A DNA stretch of 64,000 bases from contig NW_026948183.1 of assembly GCF_963921235.1 (NCBI RefSeq), positions 186,001 through 250,000 of the forward strand, read 5' to 3'. Below, piece after piece: positions 51,110 to 63,800 of this stretch (the stretch's first letter is position 1; the number at the start of each line of letters is the position of its first letter). The notes under the pieces are model-generated. The model did no database searches and was not told the origin of the DNA. It saw only the letters and a program-made list of their open reading frames with translations. Made by a program: the position numbers and the translations under genes. This DNA comes from Mobula hypostoma. Its lineage: Eukaryota.

Positions 51110-52142
51110 ACGACCATTAAGGTGTTTTTAAATAGAAGCGCTCAGCCTCACGTGACGTCACCCACGGACTCCCCGCATCCGCATCTGCTGTCACGTGCAC
51201 TGCGCCTGAGGTCACACACGCGCTGCTGCGCTCGAGCTCGGTCGGTTTAACGGCTGAACTACTGAGCACGAGCCCCCACCCCACCCCCACAGACAACGGA
51301 GGAGTTAGAGGCTGCGCTGCCCCCATTGGTGCAGAGTGATGTCAATCACTGGTTACGCCCAATAGCGGAGGCGGTCGAACCGAGAGGGCGTTACCCCCGC
51401 TGAAAACCGTATCCCGAACTTTCCCTCAGAGCGGCTCAAATCCCAAAGTAAATGTCCGCTTTCTGATTTATTTCCATTTCCCTCCGAGGGAAGTTGGGGC
51501 GTTTGTGAAGCGTCTCCTGCGGCCGGAGTCTGATGTGTCGCTGAGAGGTAGGAGGAGACCGCTCGGCCCGTCGGTTTGATGCCGGTTCCCCGGGGAGGGA
51601 GAGGGGGATTTTATTGAAAGGATGAAGACGGTGAGAGAGGGGGCGGACAGGATGTTTGTCCCGGTGGGGACAGGAGGGGCTCATCTGTGGAAATGTCTGA
51701 GCCCACGGTGGTGGCGATTCACCACATTGGGGGGCAAACACCGGCAGACTGTTGCCCTGCAAGCGGGGCCAATGGTCCGGGTAAAGTGACAATTATTTGT
51801 GTTTTGTTGAGACTGTACCTGGAATATGGTGTAAAATCCCGCTCCCCACACTAACACGGGTTATACAGACCAAAGAACAAACTGCCGGAGGAACTCAGTG
51901 GGTCGGGCAGCATCTGTGGGGGGAAATGGACCGTCAACATTTCGGGCCGAGACCCTCCCTCCGGACTGAGAGTGGACGGGAAATAGTCAGAGAAAAGAGG
52001 TGAGGGGTGGGGATGGGGCAAGAGCTGGGGAGTGAGAGGTGGATCCAGGTGAGGGGGAGGTGGGAAGGTGGAAATAGTGACGGGGGTGGGAGGTGAGTGG
52101 TTGGGGCAACACGGGGCTGCAGATGGTGGAAATTAATTCCAT
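51110..52142 (-). promoter_or_regulatory. Promoter cassette copy C (leftward)
   Basis: ATTGG 51325, TGTCAATCA 51340 and an overlapping E-box/CRE CACGTGACGTCA near 51149-51160; core nearly identical to copies A and B. Confidence 0.75.
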
Positions 52143-52254
52143 GATCGAGGAGATGGGGATCGGGCAGAAACTTGTGTCTGAGATGGGAGAGCTGTAAATG
52201 TGAAATAAAGTGGGAAATGCTGCCGATGGGTCGGGCAGCGTGTGAGGGGCAAGG

Positions 52255-52635
52255 AGACGTCACCGAGTCACGTGGGAGACCTTCCACCGTCACGTGATCC
52301 CGTTTTACCACAGATCGGCAGCATCTGCGGGTTTGTCTCAGAGGCCCCGCCCCCCGCTCTGATGACGCAATAAGCACATTGCGCATGCTCACAGTCCCGG
52401 GACGGCTAGTGATTTTTTTCCCCCCGGTATTTGTTCAAGCGGGTCCGGAGCGGCGGATCGTCCGCGGGATCCGGATCGGGATCAGGAGAGGGTCCTCGCC
52501 CCCTCGGGCGGGGAGTCGGGGAGTCGGGGAGTCGGGGAGTCGGGGAGTCGGGGAGTCGGGGAGTCGGGGAGTCGGGGAGTCGGGGAGGGGGGGACGGATC
52601 ATTTTCTACCAAGCGAGACCGACAAGAACCATGCG
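52255..52635 (+). promoter_or_regulatory. Rightward promoter and exon 1 of a third unit; donor CG|GTGAGT at 52635/52636
   Basis: Twin GTCACGTG, TGACGCAA and NRF1-like TGCGCATGC; donor context identical to 25078. Confidence 0.7.
52509..52587 (+). repeat. (CGGGGAGT)n, about 10 copies, potential G-quadruplex
   Basis: Nine perfect 8-bp units plus a partial one. Confidence 0.95.
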
Positions 52636-54019
52636 GTGAGTATTGAGTCCGGTCCCGAGCGATGCTGGGCAGCGAGTCCTGTTAACTTTACCGAACTGGT
52701 GGTCTCACCCCGCCTCCTGGACAGAACCTGCTGGGGTCGGTCCGGGTTGTGAGACCTTCACCCTGAACCTTGGGATACTTTCCATGGTGTGTTGATAAAA
52801 GTTGGTCAGGGGAGAAGGGTAAATGCTAAATTTCCTGTTGTTTTATCTGTGTCATTTTCGAACCATTTATATAGCAGTATGTACTGTTAATTCTGTCTCT
52901 GTGTATTGCGGGAGGACCATCAGTGATCGTCCTTGATCCCTTCTCCTAGTTGGTTCTATCTGCTCCTTCCCTGTCCATCTTGTTCAACCTCTGTCCAGCC
53001 TGTATCCCACCAATGATTACATATCAACAATCTCTCTTCTACCGTTGCCTTCATTGTGAAGTATTTTGCTTTACCGAGTTATTTCTGAAATCAGTGTTTG
53101 TTGCCTGGAATTACCACAGGATTTATTTAATGCAGAATGAGGAAGGATAAAGACAGTCACCACAGTTTTAGTTTCAAAGTTACCAAATGGCCGCTGTGTT
53201 AATCTTTGTCAGACAGTGACTCTCCACATTTAAAGTTGAGTCTGTTATTTCCTGTTTTGATCATTTTTGGAGAGGCGATTTCCCTGTTGCCAGGAACAGC
53301 CACAGGATCTGCAGGGAGTGGTGCACATTTTTATCGCTCTCTGAGTGTTAATGGCCTCGGGAGCAGATGTAACAGACTGATATTAGGGTGGGGAGGATGT
53401 TGTGAGCATTCACTGTATCGACTGTATTAACCCTGTGTTGGAATGAAGAGAAAACTAATGAATGTGTGCATTACAGTTGTGCAACTTTGTTCAGGCCGTC
53501 ACAAACGTCTTGTAATCAGTCAATAGTTCTTCATAATTTCACGAAAGAAGGGAAAATGCTGGAAACGTTCAGCAGATCAGGCAACATCACTTCTGTTACT
53601 GGGTCCTTCACAGTTTCTCTTTCCACAGATCCAATCTGATGTACTGAGTTTCCAGCATTTAATATCAAATTGAAATGAAAGGCGTACAGGAAATGTGATG
53701 GCCAATTGTGCTGGGCAAAATCTCATTTAACAATAAGATAATGATAAAATGTGTTCAATTTAGCTGCTGGAGACAATGTGAAACATATTCCTGCCTGCTG
53801 GTGACCCATGCCCAGGTTTTCCAGCCCAATTTCTGGCCCAGTGAGAGGATTATCAGGTTCCCATTCTGACATAGGAGTGTTAGTTTTTGAACTCCGAATG
53901 GCCGAGACACGTCTGGGAAAATTGGTGCATCGCCTATTATCCTAGGATGTAGACTCCGGGCATATGCAACTGTCAGTATTTGGGATTTGACTGGGTTAGT
54001 ACTTCTGTAGATGGGGCTG

Positions 54020-54610
54020 GATTAGATTAGGTTATGAGGACGCGCAGTCCTCTTTTATTGTCATTTCGTAATGCATGCATTAAGAAATGATACAATATTC
54101 CTCCGGTGTGATATCACAGAAACACAGGACAGACCAAGACTGAAAAACTAACAAAAACACATAATTATAACATATAGTTACAACAGTGCAACAACATCAT
54201 AATTTGATGAAGAACAGGCCATGGGCACAGTTAAAAAAGTTCAAAGTCTCCCGAAAGTCCCACATCTCACGCAGATAGGAGAAGGAAGAAAACTCTCCCT
54301 GCCATGCCCGACCACAGTCCGACTCTGAGTCGTAGGAAAACTTTGAGCTCCGATCAGCCCTCTGACACCAAGTACCAAGCACTATCTCTGCCAAATGTTT
54401 CGACCTCAGCCCCGGTCGCCAGCAGCAGGCAAAGCCAGGGGTTTTGGGGCCTTCTCTTCAGAGATTCTCGATCGCACAGTAGCAGCGGCAGCGAACCGGG
54501 CATTTCAGAAGTTTCTCCAGATGTTCCTCTGTGCTTCTCATGTCTGCCTCCATCAAATCAGAATTGTGCACGGCATCCTACTTACAAATACGATATCATT
54601 GCACCAGAGA
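54020..54610 (-). mobile_element. Non-LTR retroelement 3' end (family not assigned)
   Basis: Minus-strand AATAAA and a short (ctaat) tail; absent from the paralogous intron at about 27.6 kb. Confidence 0.5.
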
Positions 54611-55670
54611 GCAGCACGTGCTGCATCGCACCACCCTCTTCTCCTCCCGCCTGGCGGGGTGAAAGGATGTTCAATGATTCAGAAGTCCTGGGGTGCTGGA
54701 CATTGGTTGTGGGGAAGTTCCTGATGTGGGGACGATGTGTGAGGATTCTGGGGTCGGTAAGTGGCACAGTCAACTGTGTGACCCTATCACAGATCTTAAC
54801 CCTGGCGAAATGGAATTGGGGATCGAGCTGCTCGAGCTCATGAGGTGCTGAGCAAGTATTTCTGGTTTGGGATCAGATGTTTGTTTCTGGAGTTCCTTTG
54901 GAAGCAATGATTGCTAATCTGAGGAGAGAATGAGATCCCATTCCATCCTTCACGGGAAGAAGCTGTGATTAAACGTTTGGAACAGTAGAATTGGACCCAG
55001 GGGTTCAGTGTTCAAACTGTGTTTGGAAATTTCTCCTCACTGTCACCTGTCTGTTAGTCAATGGTTCTGGGCCTGTTCTTGGTGGAGTTCACAGGGACCG
55101 TGAAGGTGGTGGTTAACTAAACCTACTGAATGCTGAAAAGCCTGGATATACTGGACTTGGTGAAGATGTTTCCATTAGACGGAGAGTCTGGGATCTGAGA
55201 GCACAGTCTCAGAATAAAGAAGCTTCCCTTTAAAACTGAGACGAGGAGCATATCTTAAGTAAAGGGTGGCTGATCTCTGGAATTTGTTGCCACAGAGTGT
55301 GGTTAAGGCTGCCATTTGGGTATACTTAGGGCAGAGATGAATATATTTGTGATTGCTAAGTAGTTCCGGGCTACAGGAGGAAGGCAGGAATATGGTGTTG
55401 GAATAAAAATCAGCCGTGGTTGAATGGTGGAGCAGACTCGATGGACCGCATCACCTAATTCTGTTCTCGTGTCTTGTGTCTTGCCGTGACTGAACGATGA
55501 CTCCTTCATATCCCATATCAGATTTTGTGATGTATCAGGGATAATTACAGATTTGTTCACTGCGATCATTATATTTGTCTTCAACGTTTAAATTTCAGTG
55601 TTTTGTTTTTTGGAACATTGAGCAGAAATGTTCTCCTTTGTATTGTTAACGTGCTTCATTATCTCTCTAG

Positions 55671-55845
55671 TTAAAGTTAGACCTGAGGTGAGAGATTTAT
55701 TGGAAGAAAAGCCCACAACTGGAAGCAAACCACGACTGAAGACAAGGGAACAGCAACAAGTGAACCAGCCCGAGGACTGAGAGCACCAACTGGAGAGAAC
55801 CCTTCTGACTTAGGGTTTCCATCGATTCAGTCAGGAGAAAGTCTG
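55671..55845 (+). other. Probable non-coding exon 2 of unit 3
   Basis: Acceptor atctctctag| and donor CTG|GTGAGT; paralog of 29664-29831. Confidence 0.55.
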
Positions 55846-57860
55846 GTGAGTCTCATTTACTCAAACACTGGTCCTTTAGACATTACCTATCTGCAGAAAG
55901 GAAAGTAGGAAATAATTGGGGTGAGACTGAATGTGACCAGAAGTACCAGTTATGCCTCTATCAGACCCAGTTGCAGTCACTTCAGGTCTGGTGATGTGCT
56001 GTCAGTAACCCATCTCTTTAAAGTCACTCACATTCCCTCAGTGTTTACTCATTTCAAGGTCTTGCATCTTGTGAAGTAGTTTTTGGTCATCTCTCAGTGG
56101 GGGATGGAAACAAAGGGGAGAGTTTATACTGAATATCTTTCAAAAAAAGTAATTCTTTGAACTTACTTGCTGCAAACTTGCTTGGACTTATCTTCTTGGA
56201 GTGACAGAGAACAAGAGGTGTATAAAATGATGAGAGACATTGATCATGTGGATAGCCAGAGACTTTTTCCCAGGGCTGAAATGACTGACATGAGGGGGCA
56301 GAATTTTAAGGTGCTTGGAAGTAGGTAGAGAGGGGATGTCAGGGGAGTTTTTTTCACACAGAGTGGTGGGTACAGAAGGCATTGCTGGTGACGGTACTGG
56401 AAGCGGACACAGTAGGGTCTTTTAAGGGACTCTTAGAAGGGTACATGGAGCTCAGAAAAATAGTGTTGTGCATTTGGGTAATTCTAGACAATGGTTGGCA
56501 GAATATTGTGAGCCAAAGGGCCTGTAATGTGCTGCAGATTTCATGTTCCATGTTCAGCCTTACTACCTATACCCTATATATTCTCAACCAAATGACTGAT
56601 ACAGATGACAAGTAACAATAGGTGTAACACTGGGGAACATCAATAGGCACTGGCCTGGAGTCCAAGAAACAGACTCTCACCATCACCCTCTGCTTCCTGC
56701 CATTCCTGCCTGAAATGTTAACAGGAAGATTAGTCAGTAATTAATAAGAAAAGAGAAATGTTACTTACTGAAAGGTCACATATCCTGTCTGATTCAATGG
56801 ACCCACTCCTCCCTTGTTTATAACTTAATTTCTCCAGGGACCCATCCTCCCAGGTCGCTCTGCGTCTGATAACCCACATCCCCAACCTCCCCCACCCCGC
56901 CAATGGCCCCACACCCTCACACGTAGACTGATCCACATCACCCACATCCCCAATCTCCCTCTGCTCCTCCAATGGCCCCACACCCTTTCCACCATTTACC
57001 CCACACCCTCACACGTAGACTGCTCCACATCACCCACATCCTCCCTCCCAGCTTGGGGAACCACAACTAATTGATCCCACAGTCTCAGCTCGGGCACAAA
57101 ACTAAAACCAGAGCTGCAAGACCAGACAGCCTGGACTCCCCAGCTGTCCGGTTCGGTCCCGTCCCACTTCCACTGCAGCTGACGCTCGATTTACACAAAC
57201 CCGGGATCAGCCCCTTCCTCACCATCGGCTAAAGAGGAGAACTACTGACATCAGCTGGAATTGGCACTGCTGCACTTTGCAGGAGGTCCCTGTGGCACCT
57301 CCGGAGGGCGGGGGGACAACACAGAGGGTTTGGCTGACCCGTTCTTTCAATGTGACACCCCTGAACTGCAAATCAACTCCATCTAACCAAATCTGGGTGA
57401 ACTTCAATGACCAACAAATATAGTTCCTCTCAGCGATCTGCTGTTTGAATGATACACAGACTGAGAGGAAGGGGTATCTGTGGTCCACATTGTCCGGGTG
57501 TTTAGTTTACCAGGAGACAAAGACTGCAGGGATGAGAGGTCTTCTGTTATCTGATGTGAATCTGTGGTTACACTGCTGGCAATTCCAATTTACATCAGTA
57601 ATTGTGAAATTAGTAAACAACAGGATGCTGCAGTGACTGACCCTCCCCAAACCAGATCACCCTGGGAAGTCCTCCCCAGAAACATTTGGGGTTTTGTGAC
57701 CCAACTCAAGAAAAGGCCACGATGCCCACTCCGTAAACAACATGGCAAATAGCAGGAGACTCTACTGATTCAGTGATGAAACCTGTTAAGTTTCTTCATT
57801 GTTCCTCTGAAATCATTAAAAACATCCATTGAACAGCTTTTGGAAACAAGTTCTCACCCA

Positions 57861-58170
57861 CACGTGACATCACTCTGTGCCTCATCATGTCTGATGTCAC
57901 GTGTGGGTTTCCCACACCAGAGTCTAATGTCACTCTGTATCCCCACATGCCTCATGACACGTGTGGGTTCCCCACACTGGGATATGACATCACTCTGTGT
58001 CCCCACATGCCTCATGACACGTGTGGGTTTCCCACACTGGGATATGGCGTCACTCTGTATCCCCACATGTCTGATGTCACGTGTGAGTTCCCCACACTGG
58101 CAGCTGATGTCACTCTGTATCCCCACATGTCACTTGTGGTTTCCCCACACCGGGACCTGAGGTCACGTGT
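57861..58170. repeat. 60-bp tandem repeat x5, rich in E-box and CRE-like motifs
   Basis: cactctgt recurs at 57871, 57931, 57991, 58051 and 58111. Confidence 0.93.
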
Positions 58171-58199
58171 GCAGTTCCTTACATCACACTGGTGCTGAG

Positions 58200-58852
58200 A
58201 CGGTTGAACTTTACCGGCTAAGGTAACAATTACCTGACCCACCCGCCCCATCCCACAGTCAACAGAGGAGTTACTCTCTTCCCATTGGTGAGAAGTAATG
58301 TCAATCATTGCTTATGGCCAGTAGCAGAGATGGACCAGCCGAGTGGGCGTTACCCCTGCTGATCCCATCTCCCGCTCCCGTCCCCAAACTCCCCGTCAAA
58401 GCAGAACAAATCTCAAAGTAAGCGTCTCTCCTTTTTATTTATTTCCATTTCCCTCCACGGGAAGTTGGATATGTTCGTAAAGTGACTTCTGCGGCCGGAG
58501 TCTGATGTATCGCTGACAGGTAGGAGGAGACCGCTTGGCCTGTTGGCTTGATGCAGGCTCCTCACGGAGTGAGTGATCCGGCAGAAGGATGAGGGTGAGG
58601 GATTTTACTGAGAGGATAAAGATGGTGTGAGAGGGGGTGGTCAGCATGGAGTCTGAGAGGATGTTTGTTCCTGTGAGGGATCAAGGAGTAGGGTGGGGAA
58701 GGAGCCCGTTGACAGTGGATAAGGGACATGAGGGGCTCATCTGTGGAAATGTCTGAGCCCATCGTGGTGGTGAACAGAGATATTCACCACATTGGGGGAC
58801 AAACACTGGCAGACTGTTGACCTGCAAGTGGGGCCAATGGTCCGGGCAAAGT
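58200..58852 (-). promoter_or_regulatory. Promoter cassette copy D, diverged and CpG-eroded
   Basis: Retains ATTGG 58284, TGTCAATCA 58299 and GGGCGTTACCC; many CG>TG/CA changes relative to copies A-C. Confidence 0.7.
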
Positions 58853-60073
58853 AGAGATTGGAGTGGTGTTGGGGGGGTAGGCAAGGATGTTCCGGTCTTG
58901 GGTCTTACTGAATGACAGGATGGACTGGATGTGCTGACTGTGTCCACAATATGGCCGAGGGACCAAATTCAACATTTCCAAGTCTGCTTTGGAAAAAAAG
59001 TATTTTTGTACATTGTCAGTGACACAAAATGTATATTTATGATTATTGACACAACATGTATATATTTGTATAGTGTTAATGACACAAAACTTGTATTTCT
59101 ATATTGATAATGACACAGAATTGTATAATTTATTATCTGAATGTACTTGCCTGTGATGCTGCTACAAGTCAGTGTTTCTCTGTCCCTGCACCTTCCCGTA
59201 CTTGTGCACTTGGGAATAAATTCAACAGGACCTGAGAGAACCCAGTGAGATTTGATTAGTGATGATCAACTTGGCAGCTCGGCAGGTACACTGTTAAATG
59301 CAAGACCCTTAACAGTGTTGATGATCAGAGGGATCTTAGAATCCAAGTTCATCGCTCCCTGGAAGTTGCTGCACAGATTGACAGGGTGGTTAAGAAAGCA
59401 AATGACATGCTTGTCTTTATTAGTCAAGATACTCCATTCAAAATTCAGGAAGTAATGTTTCAGCTTCATAAAACTGGAGTTAGGCCACATCTGGAATATT
59501 TCATACAGTTCTGGTTGCCTCATTCCAGGAAGGATATCAATGACCCTGGAGAGGGTGCAGAAGAGGTTTACCAGGATATTGCCTGGATTCGAGGTCATGA
59601 GCTGTAACAAGAGGTTGGACAAACTTTGGTTGTTTTCTCTGGAGCGGCACAGGCTGGGGTGAGATGATGGAGGTTTATAAGATTATGAGAGGCACAGTCA
59701 CCATTTTGTGCTGATGTGGATTTGCAGCACTTCAGATAAGCTGCTGTTAAGCCTGGTGATATGTGCTTCGGGGCTGTTGTATCTTCTCCCAAATTGGGTA
59801 GGTGAGAAAGGAGAATGTCCCAGGTTGTGGGGATCTTTGATTTTCCGAGGGAGTGGGAAGTCCAGAAAGAGCTCATGGAGGGGAGACTGGTTTCTGCGAT
59901 GTAACTCTGCAGTTCCCTGCAGTCACGGGCAAAGCATTCCAAGGCGCGGAGTAACCGGATGGAGAATATTTTATGGTGCATTGATAAAATTTGGTGACGG
60001 GCAAAGCGTATATACCAAAGTTCTTACAGCTTGGTCTAGCCTTGTTATTTTCGGATCTTTTATACAGCCATAT

Positions 60074-60417
60074 TGTGGTGAGCATTTGGTCCACAATGAC
60101 AGACGAGGCAGCTCATTAAACTCAACAGTTTTATTGTGATAAACACAAAATAGACCGGCCACCGCGACTCGGAGAGTGAACCCAACCAGTCTCATACAGA
60201 CAGGGGAGGTGACCATCACATACCCCGGCTACAGTTAGATTGACCCACAAATACAGAAGTAAATAACTGTATAATCCAAGCTTAAAGGTAACAATAAATG
60301 AACTGGAACATCCCATCATAACCACACGAAAGCATTTTAATACAAGAACAGTAACCAGAGCTCTTCATTAGAAATGTAGGGCGGGCTGTCGACCACTCCC
60401 CCCCCCCCCCCCACCCC
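60074..60417 (-). mobile_element. Probable 3' LTR (60074-60397) with polypurine tract (60398-60417)
   Basis: Minus strand: G-run, then AGTGGT...ACCACA with an internal AATAAA. Confidence 0.5.
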
Positions 60418-61074
60418 GGAGAGTGTAATAGTATGTATCATTAATTCGGTATCTGTGTATTGCTGGAGGACCATCAGTGATTGTCCTTGATACCTTCTCC
60501 CACCTGGGTCCATCTGCTCATTCCCAGCCCATCTGGGTCAGCCTCTGTCCAGTCCATATCCCACCACCTCAATGATATATATCAACCATATTGTTCAATA
60601 TCTGTCCAGTCTGTATCTCACCACCTCGATGATAAATATCAACCATCTTGTTCAACCTCCGTCCAATCTGTGCTGCCTGGGGTGATGGTAGTGGCAGATA
60701 CTTCGGGACTTTTAAGAAATATTTAGATCAGCACATGATGTGAGGAAAATGGAAGGATATGGACATTTTTCTGGCAGATGGGATTAGTTTCGTTGGCCAT
60801 TTCATTATTTGAATACATTGAGCACTGTGATGTACTGTTCTAGTCCTGTGTCTCTTGCCGAGAGGTTTCGGGGTAACGGAGGCAAAAGGAGTGAGTGGGA
60901 ACAACAGATCAGCTGGAGCCCAGTGTGGGAAATTAGAGATCACCCACTTCTGTAGGAGAAACAAATCCGGAGTGTGTTTAAATGGAGAGTTTAAGTGCAG
61001 TGGGTGGAGAGGGAGGTGAAAGGTACATTGTATTTATTGTAAGAATTTTTGGGTATAAGAGTGAAATGACAGTA

Positions 61075-61660
61075 ACAATTATTTGGATTTTGTTGAGATT
61101 GTACCTGGAATATGGTGTAAAATCCCACTCCCCACACTAACACGGGTCATACAGACCAAAGAACAAACTGCCGGAGGAACTCAGTGGGTCGGGCAGCATC
61201 TGTGGAGGGAAATGGACCGTCAACATTTCGGGCCGAGACCTTCCCTCTGGACTGAGAGTGGACGGGAAATAGAGAAAAAAGGTGAGGGGTGGGGATGGGG
61301 CAAGAGCTGGGGAGTGAGAGGTGGATCCAGGTGAGGGGGAGGTGGGAAGGTGGAAATAGTGACGGGGTGGGAGGTGAGTGTTTGGGGCAACACAGGGCTG
61401 CAGAAGATAGAAATTAATTCCATAGAGGATTAACAAAGAGGTTAGAGAGTATTTGTTTTAGAGAGTGCAAAGAAAATTCACCAGACTGATCCCTAGAGTG
61501 GTGGGGTCATCATATGAAGAAAGATCAAATGTGATGACCCTTTCATTGAGGGAATCGAGGACTGAGAGGTAAACACATTGAAATGCACGACATCATTACC
61601 GGTTGAACCAGGGATCCCAGTCTCTGAAAAAGGGGTGGACTGTCCGGAACTGAGATGAGG
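61075..61660 (-). repeat. Promoter cassette copy E (distal half only, with the CR1 flank shared with copy A)
   Basis: Reverse match to about 5080-5668; lacks the CCAAT island. Confidence 0.88.
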
Positions 61661-62234
61661 TTGCAGAAATGGACAGCAGTTTTCATAATTGTACAGCTCC
61701 CGGTTTACACCTTCTCAGTGGCACACTCCAGACTTAAGCATTTGACCTGTAACGGACAGGCAGATCGCAGGGACTATTCCTTTATTAAAAATCTTTGCCT
61801 CCAGTGTGCTTCATATCTCAATTGAATGAAGAAAGGAACATTGCTCCTGGGTGTTCCTGCGGAGTTAACCCTCCAGCTGCTGATTAGAATTCAAGCTGTA
61901 CCAATACTAATGTACATGCATTTTTAAATATCAATCTAGAGGGCTTTACCTTCACTGGGATGAGTTTGATTTTGTCCACTTCTCAGATTTTCAGTTTCCA
62001 TTTCATTTTGGCCAAATCAAGAAAGCGGGCAGCATATCATATTTGTTAGATCCTGAGCGAGTCATCTTTCTGAAACCTGAACTCTCCCGTTTTGTGAGTT
62101 TAACAAAACTCGACCGTCTCTCCACCTGCGCTGAGCTGGATTTTTCACTTCCAACTTCTCGCTCTGCTTTTACAGGTCGGCAGCCGTCTCTGCGTCATTT
62201 TAAACACCTCGTCGCCAATGTTATGTTATGACTT

Positions 62235-63800
62235 CGATACTTTATACTTTAGTGTCACCAAACAATTGGTACTGGAACATACATTCATTACAGCGATATT
62301 TGATTCTGCGCATCACACTCCCTGGATTACAAATATTAAATATTAAAAATAGTTAAAATTAGTAAATATTAAAAAATTAAATTATAAATCATAAATAGAA
62401 AATAGAAAAATGGGAAATAAGGTAGTGCAAAAAGACCGAGAGGCAGGTCCGGATATTTGGAGGATACGGCCCAGGTTCGGGTCAGGATCTGTTCAGCAGT
62501 CTTATCACAGTTGGAAAGAAGCTGTTCCCAAATCTGGCCGAACGAGTCTTCAAGCTCCTGAGCCTTCTCCCGGAGATAAGAGGGACAAAAAGTCTGTTGG
62601 CTGGGTGGGCTGTATCCTTGATTATCCTGGCAGCACTGCTCCGAAAGCGTGCGGTGTAAAGTGAGTCAAAGGACAGAAGATTAGTTTGTGTGATGTGCTA
62701 CGCCGTGTTCACGATCTTCTGCAGCTTCTTCTGGTCTTGGACAGGACAACTTCCATACCTGGTTGTGATGCACCCTAGAAGAATGCTTTCTATGGTGCAT
62801 CTATAAAAATTAGTGAGGGTTTTAGGGGACAGGCCAAATTTCTTTAGTTTTCTCAGGAAGTAAAGGCACTGGTGGGCCTTCTTGGCAGTGGACTCTGCTT
62901 GGTTGTACCAAGTCAGGCCACTTGTGATATTGACCCCGAGGAACTTAAAGCTTTTGACCTGTTCCACTTGTGCAGCACCGATGTAAATTGGGTCGTGCGG
63001 TCCGCCACTCCTTCTGAAGTCAACAACCAATTCCTTCGTCTTGCTGACGTTGCGGGATAGGTTATTGTCTTCGCACCATGCCACCAGGTTCTTAATTTCC
63101 ACTCTGTACTCAAACTCATCATTACCCGAAATACGGCCTACAATTGTTGTGTCATCAGCAAACTTCTATACTGAGTCTGATGGAAACTTGGCTACACAAT
63201 CATGGGTGTACAGTGAGTACAGCACATGGCTGAGTACACAGCCTTGTGGGGCACCGGTGCTCAGAGTGATTGTAAAGGAGAGCTTGTCCCCTATTTTTAC
63301 AGCCTGTGTCCTGTCTGTGAGGAAGTTGAAGATCCAGCTGCAGATCTGAGTGCTAAGGCCCAGGTTCTGGAGCTTAGGAATCAGTTTATTTGGAATGATT
63401 GTATTAAAGGCAGAGCTGTAGTCAATGAAAAGGAGCCTTACGTATGCACCTTTATTCTCCAGGTGTTCTAAGGAGGAATGTAGGGCCAGAGAGGTGGCAT
63501 CTGCCGTTGACCCGTTGCTCCAGTAGGCTAATTGCAAAGCGTCGAGGTTGACCGGTAGGCTGTGGTTGATGTGTGCCATAACCAATCTCTGGAAGCACTT
63601 CATAGCAATTGACGTCAGAGCCACAGGTCGATAGTTATTCAGGCATGCCACCTTGCTCTTCTTCGGCACTGGGATTATCATTGCCTTCTTAAAACATGAG
63701 GGGATCTTGGACTGAAGCAAGGAGCAATTGAAGATGTCAGCAAACACTCCAGCTACCTCACCTGCACAGGCCCGGAGAACCCGTCCTGGGATGCCATCTG
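62235..63800 (-). mobile_element. Rex/Babar-clade LINE RT fragment with 3' end
   Basis: IIPVPKK...[39 protein letters not shown] and NVSKTKELVVDFRR motifs. Confidence 0.92.

Noticed and set aside
54304-54843. 179-aa ORF
   Set aside because: Spans a retroelement remnant junction, is not conserved in the paralogous intron and has no recognisable domain.
57861-58170. CRISPR-like appearance of the palindromic 60-bp array, and of the 32/37-bp arrays at 34690-35021
   Set aside because: There are no unique spacers and no cas genes, and the context is eukaryotic; these are tandem repeats.
58990-59130. About 30-bp AT-rich degenerate tandem repeat (tgacacaa..tgtat)
   Set aside because: Looks like ordinary slippage in a retroelement 3' end; no further structure.
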